The position numbers and the translations under genes are program-made. This document shows, in pieces, positions 1 to 32,491 of a DNA stretch of 64,000 nt. Source of the stretch: an uncultured Acidobacteriota bacterium (GTDB taxonomy: Bacteria; Acidobacteriota; Thermoanaerobaculia; Multivoradales; UBA5704). Numbering within the stretch: position 1 is the stretch's first letter; every line of letters begins with the position of its first letter. The notes under the pieces were generated by a model, which made no database searches, was not told the DNA's origin, and saw nothing but the letters and a program-made list of their open reading frames with translations. Location: NCBI GenBank assembly GCA_963756455.1, contig CAVWNC010000004.1, forward strand, positions 958,397 through 1,022,396. The letters are read 5' to 3'.

Positions 1-22478
<22,478 letters not shown>

Positions 22479-22646
22479 GATCTCGGCCTGGAGCAATTGC
22501 TCAATTTTTATTTCAGCTCCTCCCATTCAGCAGCTCGCCTCCTGTTGCGCCAACCTTATGATACGAATTTGGTTTGTTGTCGGTTTTCTTCTCAGCTGGA
22601 TGATAGGATTACGGCCTGCTGGACCTGCGTTTTCCTGGAGGACACC

Positions 22647-25062
22647 CATGGAGTCGCTCTTCTCCGACATCCGGTTCGGCCTGCGCGGCCTCAAGAGTTC
22701 CCCGTCCACCACCGCCGTCGCTCTCCTCGCCCTCGCCCTGGGAATCGGCGCCAACACCGCCATCTTCAGCGTCGTCAATGGCACTCTGCTCACTCCCCTG
22801 CCCTACCCGGAACCCGAGCGGCTAGTGGTCGTCGCCGCCACCAATCCGCGGTCGGGCCTCCCGCGTTTCAGCCTCTCGCCCCCTGATTTCGACGACTTCC
22901 ATCGCCAGAGCCGGAGCTTTGCGGGCTTGGCCGCCATGACCATGGGGAGCCTCAACCTGACCGGCCGCGGCGAGCCTGAGGTGCTCGACGTGGGGCGGGT
23001 GTCGGCCGACTTCTTCCCCCTGATCGGCCTCCGCCCGCTCCTCGGGCGCGCTTTCCGGCCGGACGAGGACACCCCGGCCTCGCGCCACGTCGTCCTCCTC
23101 TCGCACGGCCTCTGGCAGCGACGGTTCGGGGCGGATCCGAAGGCCGTGGGCCAGAGCCTCCGACTGGACGACGAGAGCTACACGGTGGTGGGGGTGGCGC
23201 CATCCGGCTTCGACTTCCCGCGCAAGCGCGACCTCTGGGTGCCCCTGGCGCTCGAGCCGGCCCAGGCGAAGCGCGGCGCCCACTCGCTTACTTGCGTCGG
23301 GCGGTTGCGCCCGGGTGTCTCGGTGGAGGCGGCGCAGAGCGAGATGAGCGGTATCGCCGCTCGACTGGAGGCGCAATACCCGGACAGCAACCAGGGCTGG
23401 GGAATTGAGGTCTTGCCGCTCCAGCAGGTCTGGGTCGAAAAGATCCGCCCCGCCCTCCTCATCCTCCTCTGGGTGGTGGCGGCGGTCCTCCTGATCGCCT
23501 GCCTGAACGTCGCCAACCTCCTCCTCGCCCGGCTGGCCGCCCGCGGGCGAGAGATCTCGATCCGCACCGCCCTCGGGGCCGGCCGCGGACGCCTCGTCCG
23601 CCAATTGCTGACTGAGAGCATGCTCCTCTCTCTCTTGGGCGGAGCCCTGGGGCTCCTCCTCGCCTCCTGGGGGACACGGGCGCTCCTCGCCTTGAACCCC
23701 GCCGCCCTCCCGCGCGCCGAGGCCATCGGCCTGGACTTACGGGTGCTCGTCTTCACACTCCTGCTCTCGGTCGCCGCCGGGCTCTTCTTCGGCCTGTTCC
23801 CTGCCCTCCACCCCCCCGGGGCGAGCCTTCACGAGGCGCTCAAGGAAGGGGGACGGGCCACGGCGGGCGGCCGCGGCAGCCGTTTCGCCCGCCAATTCCT
23901 CGCCCTGGTCGAAGTGGCGCTCGCTCTCGTGCTCCTGGTCATGGCCGGGGTCCTCCTGCGCAGTTTCTCGCGCCTCGCCGCCGCCGACCCCGGCTTCCGG
24001 CCCGGCGGCGTGCTGACCCTCGACCTCTCTCCTTCGAAGACCCGGTACCCGGACCCGGGCCGGCTCTCCCTGTTCTATCGCGAGCTGCTCGGCCGGGTGT
24101 CGGCGCTCCCCGGTGTCGGGCGGGCGGCGACCCTTTCCCCGCTGCCCCTCGCCGGCAAGACTTTCTTCCGCGGCTTCGCCGTCTTCGGGCGGCCGGTCTC
24201 GCGGTCCAAGCCGGAGAGCGCCACGGTGCGCCGGGCCTCGCCGGAGCTCTTCCGCGTTCTCCGCGTCCCCCTGCTTCGGGGGCGGGTCTTCGAAGAGCGG
24301 GACACGGTGGCCGCGCCCAAAGTGGCGATCGTCAACGCCCAGCTGGCGGGGGCGATGTGGCCGCACGCCGACCCGCTCGGCCAACGTCTGACCTTCGACG
24401 ATCCGGACCTGGCGGGAGCGACCTGGATGACCGTCATCGGAGTGGTGGGAAACGTGCAGCAGCAGGCCCTCTCCGACGATCCGGCCTTCGAGATCTACCA
24501 GCCGCAGCTCCAAGAGCCGGCGGTCGAGACCACCCTGGTCGTGCGTTCGGTGAGAGATCCGTCGGCCCTCGCCGCGCCAATCCGCCGGACGGTCCTCGGG
24601 CTCGACCCAGACCTGCCGGTCTATCACGTGCGCACCCTCTCCTCGGTGGTCGACGACTCGCTCGCCCAGCACCGGCTGAGCACGGCGCTCCTCGGCCTCT
24701 TCGCCGCCCTCGCCCTAGTGCTGGCGGCGGTCGGGGTCTATGGGGTGATCAGCTACTCGGTCGCGCAGCGCACGCATGAGATGGGGATCCGCATGGCACT
24801 GGGGGCGCAACGCCAAGACGTGCTGCGCCTGGTGATCCGGCAGGGGATGGGCCTGGTGGGAACCGGTCTTCTCCTCGGGCTTGCCGGCGCCTTCTTCGCC
24901 ACCCGGGTGCTCGCCGGGCTGCTCTACGGCGTCACCACGACCGACCCCGCGACTTTCGTATCCGTCCCCGGTCTCCTCGCGCTGGTGGCGCTCCTGGCCA
25001 ACTATCTGCCCGCCCGCCGCGCCATGCAGGTCGACCCCCAAGAGGCATTGCGGCAGGAGTAG
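22647..25062 (+). CDS. FtsX/MacB-type 'duplicated orphan permease' (ADOP family), about 805 aa
   Basis: Translation MESLFSDIRFGLRGLKSSPSTTAVALLALALGIGANTAIFSVVNGTLLTPLPYPEPERLVVV... has the typical ADOP N-terminus plus two FtsX-like membrane halves. GGAGG lies 8 nt upstream of ATG 22647. The track's earlier start at 22456 would overlap the NRPS start and is rejected. Confidence 0.8.
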
Positions 25063-25119
25063 GAGATGAGATTTACTCCGCAGATCGAATAGAATCTGCT
25101 TGACAAAGCGGGAGTCACC

Positions 25120-27579
25120 ATGGACCTCTTCCGACAGGATCTCCGCCAAGCCCTGCGGCAGCTGGCGAAAAACCCGGGCTTCGCCCTGATCGCCGTCCTC
25201 ACCCTGGCGCTCGCCCTCGGCGCCAACACGGCGATCTGGAGCGCCGTCGATGGCCTGCTGCTCCGGCCCCTGCCGTTTCCCGAACCCGACCGCCTAGTCC
25301 AGTTGATGCGTCGCTCTCCGCAGGCGACTTCGTCGGACGTCGCCCTCCCCCGGTTCCTCTACTGGCGTAACCACGCTCCGAGCTTCGTCCACCTCGCCAC
25401 CTATGACGAGACAGGCTCGGGATTCAACCTCGCGGGAAACGGCCTTCCCGAGCGCCTCGTGGGCTCGCGGGTGAGCCGCGACTTTCTGAGCGTCCTCGGC
25501 ACCCGTCCGGTCCTCGGGCGCGACTTCCTACCCGAGGAGGACCGTCCCGGCGCCCGGCACGTCGTCCTGCTCTCCCACGGGTTGTGGACCCGGCGCTTCG
25601 GCGCCGACCTCGGTGTCCTCGGCCGCGAGCTGCGGTTGAACGACGAGACCTACACCGTCATCGGCGTGATGCCGGCCGGCTTTCACCTCCCAGCCAAGGC
25701 GGAGCTCTGGACGCCTCTCCAGATCGACCCCGCCAGCCGTGAGAAGGCCAACTACCTGGGGGTGACGGGACGTCTTCGGCGTGGGATCAGTCTCCGCGCG
25801 GCGCGCGCGGAGCTGGCGGTCGTCGACCGCCAGTTCTGCGCCGCCTTCCCGGACCTGGTCTTCAACGCCTGGAAGGGGACCGCCGTCGCCCCGCTCCAGG
25901 AGCACCTTTACGGCCAGCTCCGGACGGCCCTCCTGATCCTCCAGGCGGCCGTCTTCTCGGTCCTTCTGATCGCCTGCGTCAACCTCGCCAACCTTCAATT
26001 GGCCCGCGCCGCGGCACGCCGGCGGGAGATCGCCATCCGCAATGTCCTCGGGGCCGGCGCGGGACGGATCGTGCGCCAGCTGTTGACCGAGAGCCTGCTC
26101 CTCGCGCTCGTCGGCGGCGCCGTCGGCCTGCTCGTCGCGATGATGGCGCTGCCACTCCTTCTCTCCCTCTCGCCCACCCAGGTCGATCTCCTGACGCCGC
26201 TTCGGATCGACGGCAGCGCCCTCGCTTTCACTGCCGGCCTGGCGCTCCTCGCCGGCCTGCTCTTCGGTCTCGCTCCCGCCGTCAGCGCCGCCCGCTTCGA
26301 CCCCCATACCGCGATCCAGGAGAGCGGCAACCGCGCAACCGGGAGCCGCCGCGGCATGCACGTCCGCCGGCTGCTGATGGTGGCCGAGGTAGCCCTGTCG
26401 GTCATCCTCCTTACCGCCGCGGGACTTCTGGTCAAGAGCTTTTCCGGCCTGCTCGGAACCTCTCCGGGATTCGCGCCCGACCACGTGCTGACGGCCACGC
26501 TCTCGCTTCCCGCGGGGCGCTACGGCACGCCCGACGCTCTCGACCGCTTCGACCGCCAGGTGCTCGCCGGGCTCATGGCGATCCCGGCGGTGACCCAGGC
26601 GGCCTTCGCCACCAACCTGCCGCTCGTGGGCGGGCCGCACCTGCCGTTCGCGATCGAGGGGCGCTATCGCAGCAAGGAGAGCGACGAGGGAACCGGTCTC
26701 GCCGAGTACCGGGCGGTGACCGCCGACTACTTTACCGCCCTGCGCATCCCGCTCGTCGCCGGCCGCAGATTCACCGCCACAGATCGCTTGGGCGCTCCCG
26801 GCGTGGCGCTGGTCAACGAAGCCGCGGTCCGCCGCTTTTGGCCTCACGGGGACGCGCTCGGCGCCCGCATCACCTGCGGCCAGCCGTACATGCCCGAGAT
26901 CGCCGACCTGGCGCCGCGAACGATCGTCGGCGTGATCCAGGACGTGCACGAGCTGGGGGTGAACAAAGAGGCGCCGGCGATCGTCTACCTGCCGGTCGCC
27001 CAGATGGCCCCCTCCCTCACCGCCATGCTCACCGCCTTCCAGCCGATCAACCTCGTCGTGCGCACGGCGGGAAAACCGCGCGGGCTCGCTGGCGCCCTCA
27101 ACCGGGCCGTCTGGGCGGTCGATCCCGAGCAACCGGTCACCGATGTGCAATGGATGGACGAGCTGCTCTTCGGCTCGCTGGGCCTCCAACGCTTCGGCGC
27201 CCTCCTTCTGGGCATCCTGTCGCTCATCGCCCTCCTCCTCGCGGCGATAGGAATCTTCGGTGTCCTTTCTTACCTGGTCGAGCAGCGCACCCGCGAGGTC
27301 GGTGTGCGCATGGCCCTCGGCGCCACCAGCGCCGGGGTCCGGCGGATGCTGGTGGGCCAGGGTATGGCCGCCGTTTTCGCCGGGGTGGTTCTCGGCCTGC
27401 TCGGCGCTCTCGCCCTCACCCGGCTCCTCTCCGGCCTGCTCGTCGGTGTCAGCATCTACGACCCCGCTGCCTTCGCCCTGGCCTCGCTGCTCCTCCTCGG
27501 CGTGGCCCTCCTCGCGTGCGGCCTGCCTGCGTACCGGGCGAGCCGAGTCGACCCCGTCGTGGCGCTGCAGCGAGATTGA
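25120..27579 (+). CDS. Second ADOP-family FtsX-type permease, 819 aa; tandem paralog
   Basis: [62 protein letters not shown]... has the same architecture as the upstream gene. No ABC ATPase gene lies adjacent. Confidence 0.8.
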   Translation: MDLFRQDLRQALRQLAKNPGFALIAVLTLALALGANTAIWSAVDGLLLRPLPFPEPDRLVQLMRRSPQATSSDVALPRFLYWRNHAPSFVHLATYDETGSGFNLAGNGLPERLVGSRVSRDFLSVLGTRPVLGRDFLPEEDRPGARHVVLLSHGLWTRRFGADLGVLGRELRLNDETYTVIGVMPAGFHLPAKAELWTPLQIDPASREKANYLGVTGRLRRGISLRAARAELAVVDRQFCAAFPDLVFNAWKGTAVAPLQEHLYGQLRTALLILQAAVFSVLLIACVNLANLQLARAAARRREIAIRNVLGAGAGRIVRQLLTESLLLALVGGAVGLLVAMMALPLLLSLSPTQVDLLTPLRIDGSALAFTAGLALLAGLLFGLAPAVSAARFDPHTAIQESGNRATGSRRGMHVRRLLMVAEVALSVILLTAAGLLVKSFSGLLGTSPGFAPDHVLTATLSLPAGRYGTPDALDRFDRQVLAGLMAIPAVTQAAFATNLPLVGGPHLPFAIEGRYRSKESDEGTGLAEYRAVTADYFTALRIPLVAGRRFTATDRLGAPGVALVNEAAVRRFWPHGDALGARITCGQPYMPEIADLAPRTIVGVIQDVHELGVNKEAPAIVYLPVAQMAPSLTAMLTAFQPINLVVRTAGKPRGLAGALNRAVWAVDPEQPVTDVQWMDELLFGSLGLQRFGALLLGILSLIALLLAAIGIFGVLSYLVEQRTREVGVRMALGATSAGVRRMLVGQGMAAVFAGVVLGLLGALALTRLLSGLLVGVSIYDPAAFALASLLLLGVALLACGLPAYRASRVDPVVALQRD

Positions 27580-27596
27580 GGGAGCCGGGCTCCCTC
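27578..27596. terminator. GC-rich hairpin shared by two convergent genes
   Basis: gagggagcc-g-ggctccctc is a perfect 9-nt inverted repeat. It overlaps the TGA of the plus-strand permease (27577-27579) and the TGA of the minus-strand hydrolase (27595-27597). There is no T-tract. Confidence 0.4.
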
Positions 27597-28956
27597 AGTG
27601 CCCCACGATCCACTCCAGGAGCGGCTGCCAGAAGAGGCGAGGGGCATCGGTCGCATTCCAGATGTCGACGTGGCCGATGTCGAACGTCGGCTGGTCCGGC
27701 GGCAGGAGCCGGACGACGTGGAGGGTCACGTCCCGGCTACCGAGAAGGGTCGTCGAGTAGATCCCAAGATCCCCCACACCGCCAGCGGCACCCAGATAGA
27801 GGACAGGGACGGTGATCTCGGACAGATGGTCGTCCCAGGGGACGTCCTGCTGGTCGCAGGTGAGCGTGTCGCCATCCCTCCCGATCTGGAGGGGCGCATA
27901 GGGCGAGGCCCCTTCCTGGAAATGGAACCAAGCGGCCTCGGGAGTGTAGGAGAGGCCGGTGGGGAAACCTTGGGAGTCGAAAGTGCCACCCACGAAGTGG
28001 TAGAAAGGAGTGAACGATTGCCCCGCCGGGATCAGGGCATAGGTCGCCGAGCCGAACATAAGAGCAGCCTGGCGGTTATTGAAGCCGGGGAGGATCGGAA
28101 CGAAGGTCGGGCCGGTCGGATTGGTCAAGGCGAGATCGCCGAAGAGGTTGATGCCTCCCACCGCACCCTGGTAGGTCCCGGCATCGAGGAGAGCCTGGTT
28201 GGCGGCGACCCGCACGCAAGCGGCCTGGCGGATCATCGGGTCGTCGCTCTTCACGAAGATGTCGACCGGGACAAAACCATTCACCTGACGTAGAGAGCTC
28301 GGGACCTGGGTCTCGGCGTTCAGGTAGGCATAGCCGACCTGTCCACCACGGCTCCAGGCGAGAAGATCCATCTTGCCGAGCCCGTTACCTGTGGCCAGGC
28401 GGACCGAGCGAGCGACCGCGAGGGCAATACCGACGTCGCGTGCGTCGCGCTCGAGGCCCCAGCCCTTGAAGAAGGTGAAGTCCGTCGTCGCCGCCGGCAC
28501 CAGCGTCCAGCCCTGGTCGATCCCCCAGACGTCGATCCCGTGCTCGGCGAGGAAGACCGGGGCGGCGTGCTCGGGGGAGGCCCCGGGAACCGCGAGGTTG
28601 GCGAGAAAGGCGGAATCGAAATCCCAGGTGCCGCCATGGACGAAGAGGATGGCCTGCCGAGCGCGGGCAGGGACGGAGGGTGCCGACTCCCGGACCACCC
28701 GGTGGAGGCCGATCAGGTCGTGTTCGCCGGCGCCGGTCCTCACCTGAAAGCTGTACTCGACAACGTTGCCGGTGATCACCCGCCGGGTCACAGCGGAGGC
28801 GGCGCAACCCCCGGGGACGATGTCGGCAGCGAGCCCTGCAGCCGAGCAGCCGCGGGCCACGACCTGGCGGGTCAACCCAGACCTCTGTACCGAGGCATCC
28901 GCCAGGGTGGGAAGGGACAGGGTACAAGCAAGAAGTAAGTACATGGACTTCCTCAT
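27595..28956 (-). CDS. Secreted alpha/beta-hydrolase (esterase/lipase-like)
   Basis: Start ATG 28954-28956 is preceded by a GAAGGAG RBS. Signal peptide MRKSMYLLLACTLSLPTLADA. LFVHGGTWDF motif and nucleophile-elbow-like LLAWSRGGQVGY (GxSxG). The track ORF begins 14 codons further upstream at an alternative start. Confidence 0.65.
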   Translation of the reverse strand: MRKSMYLLLACTLSLPTLADASVQRSGLTRQVVARGCSAAGLAADIVPGGCAASAVTRRVITGNVVEYSFQVRTGAGEHDLIGLHRVVRESAPSVPARARQAILFVHGGTWDFDSAFLANLAVPGASPEHAAPVFLAEHGIDVWGIDQGWTLVPAATTDFTFFKGWGLERDARDVGIALAVARSVRLATGNGLGKMDLLAWSRGGQVGYAYLNAETQVPSSLRQVNGFVPVDIFVKSDDPMIRQAACVRVAANQALLDAGTYQGAVGGINLFGDLALTNPTGPTFVPILPGFNNRQAALMFGSATYALIPAGQSFTPFYHFVGGTFDSQGFPTGLSYTPEAAWFHFQEGASPYAPLQIGRDGDTLTCDQQDVPWDDHLSEITVPVLYLGAAGGVGDLGIYSTTLLGSRDVTLHVVRLLPPDQPTFDIGHVDIWNATDAPRLFWQPLLEWIVGH

Positions 28957-29665
28957 CGGTTCTCCTTCTCTTCGTTTGAGACCGAGCTGACGCCCCACGC
29001 GACATTCGCGCTGGAATCAGCACAGTCAGGTGATGGATCTCTTGTCACGTCCTGCCCTTCGTTCCCACTGCCTGATTCCACGAGAAGGTCAGCTCGGTTC
29101 GACCCTCGCCAGATTTGCTCTAATCTTCTTTTTTACTATCTATCGTAAGTATAGAACACTGCCTGCGCCATCGGCCACCTTCCCATGCATTTTCGCGGGC
29201 CGCGAACCTCGCCCGGCCCTCCCAACGCCGAATTGTCGAGCTGTAGCCGGTGCGGACCCTGCAACGCTTGGTCGTCGCGCGCAAGCGTTCGTCCACGTGT
29301 CGCAAGCCTGGATAGCGACGCGTAACGCTGGCGCGTTGATAGACTGGAAGCCGTTTCGGACCAGAGAGTTCCCTGCTGAAGGGGCCGCGTCGCGACGGAG
29401 CCGCCGTCCCACGTCTTCCTCAGCCACAACCGACGCTTCGGGATTCGCGTCCACCAGGCCGGGGAGCACCCGGCGAAGCTTCGCGATTCCTGGCCCCCGG
29501 TAAAGTTTCTCGGAAGCGTGAGCGCCTTTATTTAAGGATAGCCCCTTATCGGCGAGTCCAGCCAGCGGGTACGATGTTCCGACGAGGCCAATTTCTGTCG
29601 GCGTACGTGAAGGTAGCCTGCGGCGAACTGGCGCTGGCCGCGCTGCCTACCCCAAAAAACGACCA

Positions 29666-30707
29666 TTAAGGCCGAAAGTGTTCCCGGGGCGACCGCCAAG
29701 GTCCGACCAGGAGATCGTGCGTCCCCTTTTCGACTTGCGCGGGGAAATCGGGGTAGTCGCAGCGGATCTCCTCGGCGACGCAGTTCAAAGTGGAAGCAAG
29801 CCGCCGATCGTGCTGGTCGATGCTTGCGAGTTGCCGGCGGATGCGCCGCCAGCTGATCCGAGATGGAGTCACAGCCGACCAGCATCGGTAGAGGAGGTAA
29901 GACGCACCGTCCCAGAAGAGGGGACGGTTGTGAAACCTGCGCATCAGACGGAGAGAGAGGCAGTACCACAGGGCTATTGCGCAGGTAGTCATGGAACGCT
30001 GGGTCGAGGACGATTCCGTACCGCTTCAGGTCGACGGGGAGAAACGAGAGCTGGGAGCGGTTCTCCGTGGCCAGCAGTCGCCGGGCCTCGGCTCCGTCCC
30101 TCGATGTATAGGCCCTCTGGATCGGCCTCATGTTGAAACGGGCCGTGCCGGTTGGGGTCCGCAGGAGCAAGGTCATCGAGAGGCTGAGGAGACGCTGCAG
30201 GCGCTCCTCGAAGCGCCGGTACTGCACCCCGGAACGGGCGAGTTGAAAGGCTTCAAAGAAGTCGGTCAGGCTGGCGAAGTTGACGAAGCCGGTGTCGTAG
30301 GTAAGGGTGGTGATCCAGGCGAGAAGGGCGCGGTCGGCGCCGAAGGGGATGGGAACGTCCGGCTCCGTCGTCGAGAAGTAGACGGTCAGGTGGGTGTCAG
30401 AGCCGAGTTGGGCTTCGCGGGGGATTGTCGTCAGCGGGCTACGTTTGTAGGGGAAGCCGCAGAAGACCAGAGCCTTGGCGGCGAGGAGGAGGGAGTTGGG
30501 GTCGTCGGGCCGATCGAGAGCAGGCGGGAGGGAACTCTGAACGGATGGGATCGAATCGTGCAGGCGAGTCGCGCCCTCGACGGTGGGTAGGTTCAGCGTC
30601 CCGAGGATGTCCGAGAGGGACGCCGGAGCGCCTGTCCTGCAACTGCTCGGTCCACAGTCGAACCGGGGCTCGCGGGACCTCCCCGTGGCTTTCTGGAGGC
30701 GGCTCAT
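29666..30707 (-). pseudogene. Replication-initiator-like (RepA/RPA-like) paralog, copy 1, frameshifted
   Basis: ORF 29532..30707 matches copy 2 through ...NSPVVLPL, then diverges into an off-frame tail. The conserved C-terminus (RLMRRFHNRPLFWDGASYLLYRCW...) reappears in a different frame as ORF 29666..29992. A 4-nt length difference sits at about 29955-29975 (ggagagagaggcagtacc vs ggagaggcaggacc in copy 2). GAGGAGGG RBS lies before ATG 30707. Confidence 0.6.
29672..30600. repeat. Direct repeat copy 1 (about 930 bp, about 90-95% identical to 32495-33430)
   Basis: Near-identical nucleotide runs, e.g. 29681 ttcccggggcgaccgccaaggtccgaccaggagatc vs 32501 ttcccggggcggccgccaaggtccgaccaggagatc. The encoded protein cores are near-identical over about 230 aa. 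Confidence 0.8.
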
Positions 30708-30716
30708 TGGCCCTCC

Positions 30717-31633
30717 TCACGCGATACGCCATCCTGCCGGCAGAGACTCCAACCCATAGAGCGGATTTGGTTTAGCTGGGCCAGCAGGGTGAAGAGCGAT
30801 TTCGAACTCGTCCCCGTTGGGGATACCTTCTGTTGCACCGGGAGCTCGCCGCTCCAGGCCCGGACCTCGGGGCTCTCCGGGCCGCGGTGGAACGCTCCCT
30901 CGAACGGCACGCCGACCTCGAGAGATTCGGCATCCGACTCGAAGCGCGTCTTCATGCCCTGCATCGTGAGCACTCCCGCCTCTCGACCCGTCTCGGCGAT
31001 CCCGAGAGGCGCTCCCCTCGGCTTCGAAGAGCGTCGACGGACCTCCCGGGGCGCCCACGGCAAGTCGCTCGCGAGGTCTCACGGAGCCGCAGTCCGAGCC
31101 TCCTCGCCTGCACGCTATCGAGAGACGGGCCCAGACCCTGGAGCCTCTCTACCTCCGGGCTCGCATCGGCATCGCCGAATCTCGGTCTCCTGGAGCGGCA
31201 CTTCCTCGCGAGGCCCTCCACCGAAACTCTCGACCACTACACCGTTCTCCTGCGGGATCGCGAGCGTCTCGCTGTGGCGTGTTGGCGGCTCCAGTCGACC
31301 GAGGCCACGCTCCAGGAGCAGCTCCGAGGACTTTCGACGCTCGACGGGAGGCCACACCGAGTCTCCCAAGCCGATATCGATCTGCAGCTTCAGGCGCGCA
31401 GCGGCACAACAAGCGGGCAACATCACGCGCACACCTGCATATTCATCTTCCACCCGGATCGCCTCGATCTGGATCGAGGCGGGATCGAACACCACGGCAT
31501 CGGGCTCGATCTCCGCGGAGCAGATCGTCTCGATGTCCTTCCGAATCGCATCGAAGGAGCCGTCTCCCTTGCGCAGAAGATCCAGATCCCTCGTCGCCCG
31601 ATAGGGCTGATCGGACCACGCCCGAAGGAGCAT
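30717..31633 (-). pseudogene. abiEii: AbiEii/AbiGii-family nucleotidyltransferase toxin-like gene, apparently truncated or frameshifted
   Basis: ORF 31115..31633 begins MLLRAWSDQPYRATRDLDLLRKGDGS..., which contains an NTase-fold G/S...DxD-like motif. It seems to lack the usual 30-40 N-terminal residues and stops after 172 aa. The downstream sequence continues only in other frames (ORFs 30717..31082 and 30704..31063). A 165-nt gap separates it from abiEi. Confidence 0.4.
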
Positions 31634-31798
31634 GGCACCCTTGAGAACAAAGCGTTCTCATGCGCGGATACCCCGAGTCGATGGAGAAATCTCTCGAAAC
31701 AGAAACTCGTGAGGAGCCTTTGGAAGTCGTCTCCGGTCTGCCGGACTTGATTGAGGAGGAGTGCCGAGACGGAGGCCGGCAGGTTTCGCTTCTCCCCT

Positions 31799-32407
31799 TC
31801 ATTGAATCGCGTCCAGGTAGGGCTGCAGCACCCGCGTCACCCGGCAGATCTGGGCGAAGCGGGCGAGGTCCGTGCCTCCGCCGCGGTGGTGACGACTGAA
31901 GTCGCGGAGGGCTTCGACGGCCACGTCGATGCCGATCTTATGGCGGTACTTGAAGCAGTCGGCGACCGTTTTGGCCGCCGAGTACACGCGGACATCGACC
32001 CCTTCGATCCGGTGTGTCTCAATGCCTTCGGTGAGAGCGGCTCCGGAGAAACGGGTGACTCGAAGGCGCGGATAGTCGAGCCGAGGCTTGCGGGCCTTTT
32101 CGGGCAGGGAGACCCAGACCTCGGCCGGAAGCTGGGTCGTCAGATCGTGGAACCGCAGTGCGGTGAGCAGGCAGATCACCCCGTTCGGGACCCGCTTTGC
32201 AACCTGGACGAGCGCGTGTTCGGTGGTGTGGGGGTGATCGCTGGCAGCATAGATCCCCCGAGCCTGACGCTCCACCTCGCCCTTGCGGACAAGCTGGTAC
32301 AGCCGCTGGCGCGGGATGTTGCGCGCCTCAAGGTCGGCCGCGCGCACCACCCCGAGTCGGTGGATTACTTGGAGCGCCCGGCGTTGGTCAACCGTCAGCA
32401 TGACCAC
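31799..32407 (-). CDS. abiEi: AbiEi-family antitoxin / transcriptional regulator (type IV TA system)
   Basis: MLTVDQRRALQVIHRLGVVRAADLEARNIPRQRLYQLVRKGEVERQARGIYAASDHP... gives an N-terminal wHTH. The C-terminal domain (...ICLLTALRFHDLTTQLPAEVWVSLPEKAR...RVTRFSG...) is typical of AbiEi/COG5340 proteins. The gene lies upstream of the NTase-like ORF on the same strand. Confidence 0.6.
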   Translation of the reverse strand: MVMLTVDQRRALQVIHRLGVVRAADLEARNIPRQRLYQLVRKGEVERQARGIYAASDHPHTTEHALVQVAKRVPNGVICLLTALRFHDLTTQLPAEVWVSLPEKARKPRLDYPRLRVTRFSGAALTEGIETHRIEGVDVRVYSAAKTVADCFKYRHKIGIDVAVEALRDFSRHHRGGGTDLARFAQICRVTRVLQPYLDAIQ

Positions 32408-32491
32408 AAGAATACAATTTGTCGGGAGTTGTACACAAGTCCCGACGTTTTGGGTGATACCTGGGCTGCGAGGAGTACCGAAAACCGCTCC

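Noticed and set aside
25063-25119. TTGACA hexamer at 25100-25105 as a promoter for the second permease
   Set aside because: It is only 14 nt from the ATG. This leaves no room for a -10 element and 5' UTR, so it is probably a chance match; the two permeases are likely co-transcribed.
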